A stretch of 14,913 bases of DNA from Bdellovibrionota bacterium (GTDB taxonomy: Bacteria; Bdellovibrionota_C; UBA2361): contig JBILDU010000076.1 in assembly GCA_044352465.1 (NCBI GenBank), forward strand, positions 1 to 14,913, given 5' to 3'. The position numbers and the translations under genes were made by a program. The stretch's first letter is position 1. Each line of letters begins with the position of its first letter. Positions 7,791 to 14,913 of this stretch are shown here, one piece after another. Under the pieces are notes generated by a model. That model was not told where the DNA came from. It made no database searches and saw only the letters and a list, made by a program, of their open reading frames with translations.

Positions 7791-7863
7791 GGGCGCTTAG
7801 CTCAGTTGGTAGAGCGTCAGCCTTACAAGCTGAATGTCACTGGTTCGAGTCCAGTAGCGCCCA
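7791..7863 (+). tRNA. tRNA-Val (anticodon TAC), CCA not encoded
   Basis: Acceptor GGGCGCT/AGCGCCC plus discriminator A; D arm GCTC-AGTTGGTA-GAGC; anticodon arm TCAGC-CTTACAA-GCTGA; T arm ACTGG-TTCGAGT-CCAGT. Confidence 0.97.
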
Positions 7864-8263
7864 TTCCTTCTTCCCCCCGATTAGAACTTCCCCCGATTCG
7901 ACCTTGGCGTCGTCCCTCGGCCGAGATTCGAATGACGGCCATGAAATACCTGACAGCCCAATCGTACAAACTTTAAGTCTATAACCAACGGGTGCAGCCC
8001 AAGCGTACTCCAGGTCTCCGCGCCTCTTTTACAGGGCATCTGACCAAACTGCGGAACTGTGCTCTGAGGATATTGCCGATGTTGAAGCACTCCCAAACTG
8101 CGGCTTTGGGGTCGTTCTAAAGCATTAAGAGTTTCTCTGTAAGAATTTTGTTTTGATTACTTGGCACCAACCGAGCGTCCTAATCTCTAACAACAAACCC
8201 ATCTTTCACGCCGACTTCCCATAGCCCCTGACCTCCAGGTCTCTGAGACTTTGAGAAGGGCAT

Positions 8264-8298
8264 AAAAAAACCCGGCCAAGGTTCTATTCCTGGCCGGG
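8264..8298 (-). terminator. Intrinsic terminator downstream of lon
   Basis: CCCGGCCA (8271-8278)/TGGCCGGG (8291-8298) stem with A7 at 8264-8270 (U-tract on the - strand). A second small hairpin GGCGCTC-act-GAGCGCC lies at 8305-8321. Confidence 0.88.
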
Positions 8299-8324
8299 CG
8301 TTAAGGCGCTCACTGAGCGCCGCT

Positions 8325-10787
8325 TTAGTGAGTCACATGACCCGAGGCTGGGGCCTTCTCTTTTCCGGCTCCCTCCTCACCCTCCTCACCACCAGCTTTC
8401 GGCTCGTGGAAGAGGTTCTCATCGCGGACTGACTTCCGATCGAGGAGCTTATCGAAGTCCTTTGCTGAGGTCGAAACGAGCGCCTCATAGAGGACCTCAT
8501 CGACGTGAGCAACCGGAATAAGCTCTAGATCTTTTCGCACCGTCGCTGGGATCTCCTCGATGTCGTTCTCGTTTTCTTTCGGAAAGAGGATCCGCTTGAT
8601 ACCGCCCCGGTGCGCCGCAAGCGCCTTTTCCTTAAGTCCGCCGATCGGAAGAACGTTACCACGCAGGGTGATCTCACCCGTCATCGCGACGTTCTTATCA
8701 ACCGGAATTCCGGTAAGCGCAGAGACAAACGAGGTCGCCATCGTAATACCTGCCGAGGGACCGTCCTTCGGGATCGCCCCTTCCGGAACGTGCACGTGGA
8801 TATCCACCTTGTCGTAGAAGTACCGCGGGAGCCCCAACATCTCTGCGCGCGAGCGCACATAGCTGAGGGCTGCACGAGCCGACTCTTGCATGACGTCCCC
8901 GAGTTTACCGGTGATCTGGAGTCGCCCCTTACCCGGCAGGATCGTCGTCTCGATAACAAGGAGTTCGCCCCCCTTATCGGTCCAGGCGAGGCCGGTCGTT
9001 GTACCCACGAGATTCTCCTCCTCCGACTTCCCGTAACGGAATTTCGGTTGACCCAAGAACATCGGGATATTATCAGCGGTGATCTTCACCACATGATCTT
9101 TCCCCTTCTCCACCACTTCCACCGCGGCCTTTCGGCACAACGTCGCGATGCACCGCTCGAGATTACGCACCCCCGACTCTCGGGTATACCGGCGCGCGAC
9201 CTCAATATAGGCACTGTCGTCGATTTCGACGTTCTTCGGCTCGAGACCGTTCTCAACAACCTGCTTCTCGTAGAGATACTTCTTCGAGATGGCAAGTTTC
9301 TCGAGCTCGGTGTACCCCGAGAGTCGGATGAGCTCCATACGGTCCATCAGCGGCTGAGGGATCGTATGCAGTGAGTTGGCGGTCGTCACAAACATCACCT
9401 TCGAAAGATCGTAGTCGCAATCGAGGTAGTGATCGTTGAACGAATCGTTCTGCTCGGGATCGAGTACCTCAAGAAGCGCTGAAGAAGGATCGCCTCTGAA
9501 ATCGGTCGACATCTTATCGATCTCGTCCAAGAGGAACACCGGGTTGCTCTTCCCCGCCTTCTTAAGCGACTGGATAATCTTTCCAGGCAAAGCGCCGATA
9601 TAGGTCCGCCGGTGACCACGAATCTCCGCCTCGTCACGCACACCGCCGAGGGCGACACGAACGAATTGACGATTGGTAGCCTTCGCGACCGACTTGCCGA
9701 GGGAGGTCTTACCCACGCCGGGAGGACCAACGAGACACAGAATCGGACCCTTCATCTTGCCAACGAGCTTTTGCACCGCCAGATATTCGAGGATGCGCTC
9801 CTTGACCTTCTCAAGCCCGTAGTGATCTTCTTCGAGCACTTCACGAGCCTTCTCGATATCGATCTGATCGTCAGACACCTCATTCCATGGAAGCGCAAGC
9901 ATCCAATCAACGTAGTTCCGCACAACCGTCGCCTCAGCTGACATGGGCGACATCATCTTCAGTTTCTTGATCTCCTTATCAGTCTTTTCGCGGGCATCTT
10001 CAGGCATATCCTTCGCCTTCAGCTTGTCCTCGAGCTCCTGAATCTCATTACGGAAATCATCTTTCTCGCCGAGCTCCTTCTGGATCGCGCGCATCTGCTC
10101 GTTGAGGTAGTACTCCTTCTGGGTCTTCTCCATCTGCTTCTTGACCCGATTACGGATGCGCTTCTCGACCTGAAGAATCTCGATCTCCGACTTCATGTGG
10201 CCAAGGATCTTCTCAAGGCGATCCTCAGGGTCGATCGTCTCGAGGATGTCCTGCTTGTCTTCGAGCTTTATGCTGAGCTGCACCACGATTGCATCAGCAA
10301 GGCGCGAAGGATCTTCGATCGCGTTTACCTGCATGATCATCTCGGGGTTAACCTTCTTGCCGAGTTTTACGTAGCTCTCGAAGGTGACGTTAACCGAGCG
10401 CATGAGCGCCTTAAGCTCAGTGGTGACCGCTGTGGACGGGATCAACTCCTCCGCCTCAACGAGCATGAAATCGTCCTCGGAGACGTAGCGCTTAATGCGC
10501 GCTCGGCTCTTCCCCTCCACCAGCACTTTAATCGGGCCATCCGCGAGACGGATGAGTTGAACCACCTCACCGAGGGTGCCTATCGTGTAGATATCTTTTT
10601 GCCCAGGGTTGCTTGTACGGGCATCTTTTTGCGCCGCAAGCATGATGTACTTATTCTCTTTTTGAGACTCCTCGATCGCTCGCACGCTCTTATCGCGTCC
10701 GACAAATAGCGGGACAACCTGTTGGGGGAAAACAACGAGCTCACGGAGCGCGAGCAACGGGACCGGATTAATCAAAGTCGCTTTCAT
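8325..10787 (-). CDS. lon: ATP-dependent protease La (LonA)
   Basis: Lon N-domain (LRELVVFP), Walker [10 protein letters not shown], Walker B LLDEIDK, catalytic KDGPSAG and GGLKEK; GAGAGG ribosome-binding site. Confidence 0.98.
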   Translation of the reverse strand: MKATLINPVPLLALRELVVFPQQVVPLFVGRDKSVRAIEESQKENKYIMLAAQKDARTSNPGQKDIYTIGTLGEVVQLIRLADGPIKVLVEGKSRARIKRYVSEDDFMLVEAEELIPSTAVTTELKALMRSVNVTFESYVKLGKKVNPEMIMQVNAIEDPSRLADAIVVQLSIKLEDKQDILETIDPEDRLEKILGHMKSEIEILQVEKRIRNRVKKQMEKTQKEYYLNEQMRAIQKELGEKDDFRNEIQELEDKLKAKDMPEDAREKTDKEIKKLKMMSPMSAEATVVRNYVDWMLALPWNEVSDDQIDIEKAREVLEEDHYGLEKVKERILEYLAVQKLVGKMKGPILCLVGPPGVGKTSLGKSVAKATNRQFVRVALGGVRDEAEIRGHRRTYIGALPGKIIQSLKKAGKSNPVFLLDEIDKMSTDFRGDPSSALLEVLDPEQNDSFNDHYLDCDYDLSKVMFVTTANSLHTIPQPLMDRMELIRLSGYTELEKLAISKKYLYEKQVVENGLEPKNVEIDDSAYIEVARRYTRESGVRNLERCIATLCRKAAVEVVEKGKDHVVKITADNIPMFLGQPKFRYGKSEEENLVGTTTGLAWTDKGGELLVIETTILPGKGRLQITGKLGDVMQESARAALSYVRSRAEMLGLPRYFYDKVDIHVHVPEGAIPKDGPSAGITMATSFVSALTGIPVDKNVAMTGEITLRGNVLPIGGLKEKALAAHRGGIKRILFPKENENDIEEIPATVRKDLELIPVAHVDEVLYEALVSTSAKDFDKLLDRKSVRDENLFHEPKAGGEEGEEGAGKEKAPASGHVTH

Positions 10788-11299
10788 ATCCTCTCAAGAA
10801 CAAACAAAACAGGAGTTTCCAAGAACTTACAAACCACCCACGCCGTTACGATCAGGACTCAGAACCAACCACTGAGCGGGCTCTAACCCCTTAACTATTC
10901 GATGATTTGAGGATTCCCTCCTATAAACTACGATGCTAGTAGAGGGGGGATCAAACCACAATAATAAACCCGAATCGCAAATTATATATCGACCGGCGAT
11001 CACACTCACCACGGTCGGCCGTGATAACGATTTTACGGGGATTTGTTCAACTCAAGACACCCCTGACCTTCATGGATCGTAATCATCCCGCGCCCAATTT
11101 CCAAACCCAAGTTAGGACAGAGTCCACCCGAGGAGCTGACAAACTCGCACGCTCCCCCCTGGGGCAGAAGATCGCTGAGTTTGCCGAAAAGGAACCGGGG
11201 TAGCCACAAAAAGGTGTTCTATTCGGCGACGCGCACACGAGCCCCGCGGGACCAGAACTATGGGAGGACACCTAAGATAGACGGACTTTCGAAATGGAT

Positions 11300-12553
11300 C
11301 TAAGCGCTCTCCGCTTGGCTTTGATACACCACCAGCGGCTTCTCGCCCTTTAGTATCGTATCCTCGGAGATAATAACCTCCTTAATGTCAGGCTCAGAGG
11401 GAACCTCGAACATGACGTCGAGCATGATGCTCTCAAGGATAGCTCTCAGACCACGAGCGCCACACTTCCGCTCGATAGCCTGCTTCGCGATCGCAGCCAC
11501 AGCGCCCTCAGCGAACCGGAGCTGGACGTTCTCGTACTCAAAAAGCTTCTTATACTGCTTGGTGAGGGCGTTCTTCGGTTCTACTAATATCTTCTCCAGC
11601 GCCGCCTGATCGAGATCCTCAAGCGCAGCGAGGATCGGCAGTCGACCGATGAACTCCGGTATCAACCCAAACTTAAGGAGATCTTCCGGCTGAATCTTTG
11701 AAAGCAGCCGCTCCCCTTCTTTGGGCTGAGCCGCCGTTCCAGTGGAACCAAACCCCAACTTCTTCTCCCCTACCCGTCGTCGGATGATATCTTCCAGCCC
11801 AACAAAGGCTCCGCCAACGATGAAAAGGATATTGCTTGTATCAACCTGGAGAAACTCTTGTTGGGGGTGCTTTCGACCTCCCTTGGGTGGCACGCTTGTA
11901 ACCGTCCCCTCGAGCATCTTTAGAAGCGCCTGCTGCACCCCCTCGCCCGACACGTCCCGGGTGATGGAAGGGTTCTCGGACTTTCGAGATATCTTGTCGA
12001 TCTCGTCGACATAGACGATCCCCCGCTGCGCTTTTTCCACGTCGTAATCAGCGGCTTGGAGGAGATTCAAGATGATGTTCTCTACATCCTCTCCCACATA
12101 CCCCGCCTCGGTCAGGCACGTGGCATCAGCTATCGTGAACGGCACCTGCAATATCCGAGCAAGGGTTTGCGCTAGCAAGGTCTTCCCCGAGCCGGTGGGC
12201 CCGATCAGCAAGATGTTCGACTTGGCGATCTCGACATCAGCTGCGGAGCCCTTCGCATCAAGGCGTTTGTAATGGTTGTGGACGGCGACGGACAGAACAC
12301 GCTTCGCGTACTCTTGCCCGATGACATACTGATCGAGAAAAGTCTTGATCTCTTTCGGTCGGGGGATCTTGGACTGCGGAGCAAATGTCTCATCCTGCTC
12401 GACCTCTTCCGCAATAATGTCGTTACAAAGGTCGATGCACTCATCGCAAATATAGACCGACGGCCCTGCGATAAGCTTACGCACCTCCTCCTGAGAACGA
12501 TTACAGAATGAACAGACGAGGGTGTGGCGACTTTTATCAGAACCCTTACTCAT
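11300..12553 (-). CDS. clpX: Clp protease ATPase subunit ClpX
   Basis: Zn-binding CSFC...ICDECIDLC, Walker [21 protein letters not shown] loop and LGF ClpP-docking loop; GGAG ribosome-binding site. Confidence 0.98.
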   Translation of the reverse strand: MSKGSDKSRHTLVCSFCNRSQEEVRKLIAGPSVYICDECIDLCNDIIAEEVEQDETFAPQSKIPRPKEIKTFLDQYVIGQEYAKRVLSVAVHNHYKRLDAKGSAADVEIAKSNILLIGPTGSGKTLLAQTLARILQVPFTIADATCLTEAGYVGEDVENIILNLLQAADYDVEKAQRGIVYVDEIDKISRKSENPSITRDVSGEGVQQALLKMLEGTVTSVPPKGGRKHPQQEFLQVDTSNILFIVGGAFVGLEDIIRRRVGEKKLGFGSTGTAAQPKEGERLLSKIQPEDLLKFGLIPEFIGRLPILAALEDLDQAALEKILVEPKNALTKQYKKLFEYENVQLRFAEGAVAAIAKQAIERKCGARGLRAILESIMLDVMFEVPSEPDIKEVIISEDTILKGEKPLVVYQSQAESA

Positions 12554-12603
12554 GCAGACTCTCCGTCAAAAACATTCGCCCCACCGAAAAACGTGCCGGG
12601 CAA

Positions 12604-13206
12604 TCAAGCTTTTTTGTCCCCCGATACTCGCTTCTCGAACACCTCATCTATAACACCATACTCCTTGGCCTGAATACTGGTCATGAAGTAATCACGATCG
12701 GTGTCTTCGACAACTCGCTTAAAATCCTGTCCCGTGTGCTTCGCCAGGATATGATTCAGCTCTTCTTTAACCCGTAGCATCTCCCGCGCGTGGATCTCCA
12801 CATCGGAGGCCTGCCCCTGGAAGCCGCCGAGCGGCTGGTGAATCATAATCCGCGCGTGGGGGAGCGCCGACCGCTTCCCTTTCGCACCGCCCGCGAGCAG
12901 GACCGCACCCATACTCGCCGCCTGACCGATGCATACCGTCGCCACATCGGCGCGGATGTACTGCATCGTGTCGTATATCGCCATACCGGCGGAAACCGAT
13001 CCACCCGGGCTGTTAATATAGAGGTAAATATCCTTCTCTGGATCTTCGCTCTCGAGGAACAAAAGTTGCGCCGTGATGAGATTGGCGACGACATCGTTTA
13101 CCTCAGTGCCCAGGAAAACGATGCGCTCCTTTAGGAGCCGCGAAAAAATGTCGTAAGAACGCTCACCACGCCCGGTTTGCTCGATAACATAAGGAATATA
13201 ATTCAT
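12604..13206 (-). CDS. clpP: Clp protease proteolytic subunit ClpP
   Basis: [29 protein letters not shown], catalytic AASMG, IHQP and DRDYF. The start is placed at ATG 13206 (MNYIP..., 200 aa) rather than the track's 13296, because family similarity begins there. Confidence 0.97.
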   Translation of the reverse strand: MNYIPYVIEQTGRGERSYDIFSRLLKERIVFLGTEVNDVVANLITAQLLFLESEDPEKDIYLYINSPGGSVSAGMAIYDTMQYIRADVATVCIGQAASMGAVLLAGGAKGKRSALPHARIMIHQPLGGFQGQASDVEIHAREMLRVKEELNHILAKHTGQDFKRVVEDTDRDYFMTSIQAKEYGVIDEVFEKRVSGDKKA

Positions 13207-13532
13207 AATATTTTTTCTCGCGGTCTTTGGAGACAATCGGTTCACCCCGTGTGAACTCAAGCTCCCGATCTTAGTCGGATTCGCGCCCGGTCGCAAACCA
13301 AAGGTTATCGCCGCGCCGTTTCGAATAACTTCTCATCGCGAATTACCGGACGCCGCAGGGCCGCCAAGCCGGTCTTTAAACTGTTATGCTTCGGGGGGCC
13401 GGAAAAGCAACCCGATAGGGAACCTCAAAGAGAAACAAAAAAAATCAAAAATTCAACCTGTTACCGCCTTCAGCATTTTCACACCCCCTGCCCGAATCGG
13501 TCGATAACCAATCGAAACTTGTCCGCACTCTC

Positions 13533-13573
13533 AAAAAAAAACCGCCCGGCACCACCGAAGTGGTCCGAGCGGT
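13533..13573 (-). terminator. Intrinsic terminator after tig
   Basis: On the - strand: a GC stem capped by ACCAC-TTCG-GTGGT (C-UUCG-G tetraloop), followed by U9. A T5 run on the other side suggests it may be bidirectional. Confidence 0.85.
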
Positions 13574-13605
13574 CTTTTTAAGAGGTTTCTATGGCAGCGG
13601 CCTGA

Positions 13606-14913
13606 CTATTTCTTCCCCTTCGAAGCCGACTTCTCAGCGCTCTCCTTACCAGCGCCCTTCTCCGGCGCCACAAACGAGACCTCTGCTTTCCCATGAAGGA
13701 AATCGAGAACCTTATTCCGACCAAGCTCAACAAAGAAACCGACATTCTGCTCGCTCTGCAGGAAGAACTTGCGGACTTCCTCGACCGGCAGTCCATTCTT
13801 GTCAGCGATATCTTTCAAAGCTGCGTTGATATCGTCATCCGAGGCTTTAATGCCCTCTTTCTTGCCCACCGCATCAACGAGGACGGCGGTCCGCACTCGC
13901 TTCTTCGCTACCTCGCCAAGGCGCTCACGGAAGGGCTCCATGTTGAGTTTCTCGATGTCAGCACGCTTCGGGTCGAGCACCCCATTCCGCACCAAAAGGT
14001 TGCGGATCTCGTCGTCGATCAGAACGTTTGGGACGGGGAACTCATTCTTCTCCAGCAGCTGATCGAGGATCGCCTGATGGGTCTTCTCCTTCAGCTCTTG
14101 GGCCGCTTGCTCTTCAAGCTGCTTCCGGGTCTCTATTCGCAACTCGAGCACGGTCTGAGGGCCGAAACTGAGCCCTTTGACGAAGTCATCGGTGAGTTCA
14201 GGCAGAACCCGCTCAGAGAGCCCGTTAAGGGTGACCTTATAGGTCGTCTTTTTACCCGCGATCTGCTTGTTCGGGTGCTCCGCCTCAACGACCGTGACGA
14301 TCTCCTTTGACTGGCCGACCTCCATTCCAACGATACCGTCCTCAAGCTCGACCGGAACCTTTCCCTCTCCAAGCCCCACCACTAACGGCTCAGGGCGACT
14401 CGGAGGCTCTCCTTCGAGTTCAACGAGCAACGCCGCATCAACCACATCACCTTTTTGAGCCACGTTTCGGAAGTCGAGTTTTTTGGTGGTTGCCTTCGAC
14501 TGACGAATCCGTTCAATCACCTGCTCGACATCTTCGTCGGTAATCTCACCTTTTGGAACAGACACCTTAAGGGAATCGTAACCAACGATCTCCGGCTTCG
14601 GAAACACCGAGACCTGGGCAGTGTACTCAATCTCCTTACCGGGCTCAAAGGAAGCCACGTCGATCTCCGGAGCACCGATCATGTCAATCGAATGATCCTT
14701 GACGAGCTTCGAGAGAGAGTTGGAGATAAGGCGATTGGCCACCTCAAGTCGCACCCGGGGTCCGTGAAGCTTCTCCACCATCGCGCGCGGTGCTTTGCCG
14801 GGGCGAAATCCTTTCAGGTTCGCCCGCGCAGCGAGATCGGTTATGGCGGAGCTAATCTCCTGCGTTACAGTTTCAGCGGGGATCGAAACCTTGATCTGCT
14901 TCGTCACCGGGTC
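13606..14913 (-). CDS. tig: Trigger factor (5'-partial)
   Basis: Ribosome-binding signature GFRPGKAP, FKBP-like middle domain and position upstream of clpP. The frame stays open to the window edge (DPVTKQIKVSIP...). Confidence 0.96.
   Translation of the reverse strand, partial: DPVTKQIKVSIPAETVTQEISSAITDLAARANLKGFRPGKAPRAMVEKLHGPRVRLEVANRLISNSLSKLVKDHSIDMIGAPEIDVASFEPGKEIEYTAQVSVFPKPEIVGYDSLKVSVPKGEITDEDVEQVIERIRQSKATTKKLDFRNVAQKGDVVDAALLVELEGEPPSRPEPLVVGLGEGKVPVELEDGIVGMEVGQSKEIVTVVEAEHPNKQIAGKKTTYKVTLNGLSERVLPELTDDFVKGLSFGPQTVLELRIETRKQLEEQAAQELKEKTHQAILDQLLEKNEFPVPNVLIDDEIRNLLVRNGVLDPKRADIEKLNMEPFRERLGEVAKKRVRTAVLVDAVGKKEGIKASDDDINAALKDIADKNGLPVEEVRKFFLQSEQNVGFFVELGRNKVLDFLHGKAEVSFVAPEKGAGKESAEKSASKGKK

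Noticed and set aside
7607..7836. Repeat-spacer-repeat read as a CRISPR array or a group I intron in the tRNA
   Set aside because: Only two copies, the repeat is tRNA sequence and there are no cas genes. The spacer is too short for a group I core, is not in the anticodon loop, and is followed by a complete tRNA rather than a 3' exon.
7881..8096. 71-aa - strand ORF
   Set aside because: TTG start without an evident RBS, downstream of the lon terminator, and no recognisable motif.
8161..8177. TTGGCACCAACCGAGCG, sigma54-like GG-N10-GC on the + strand
   Set aside because: Poor -12 element (GAGC) and no downstream gene; it points into the lon terminator.
11031..11056. sigma32-like CTTGAG...CCCCGTAA on the - strand upstream of lon
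   Set aside because: The spacer is only 10 nt, too short for RpoH promoters.
13207..13296. 30-aa N-terminal extension of ClpP in the track
   Set aside because: TTG start and no ClpP-like sequence; ATG 13206 gives a normal-length protein.
3564..14310. Long antisense/overlapping ORFs (e.g. 3564-4310, 5992-6633, 8610-9374, 10197-10709, 13693-14310)
   Set aside because: All lie opposite well-supported genes and are the expected shadow ORFs of GC-rich coding DNA.

Overview
A GC-rich bacterial chromosomal window, probably from a flagellated Deltaproteobacteria/Bdellovibrionota-like organism (inference from gene content only). The + strand carries: the 3' end of an HDOD-domain gene (missed by the ORF track), coupled to a PAS histidine kinase and a stand-alone receiver; a sigma54-type promoter ahead of a 320-aa unknown protein, followed by a multi-hairpin terminator region; alr; motA-motB behind a sigma28-like promoter; a DUF423 membrane protein; and tRNA-Val(TAC). 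The - strand carries the housekeeping cluster tig-clpP-clpX-lon. The most unusual feature is the tRNA-Val locus (7569-7863). A strong sigma70 promoter reads first through an exact 50-nt copy of the tRNA 5' part. Next comes a ~130-nt structured spacer with two REP-like hairpins, a 12-nt perfect antisense to the intact tRNA spanning the duplication breakpoint, and a possible wobble-paired acceptor strand. Only then comes the intact tRNA. No integrase, transposase or CRISPR array is visible.
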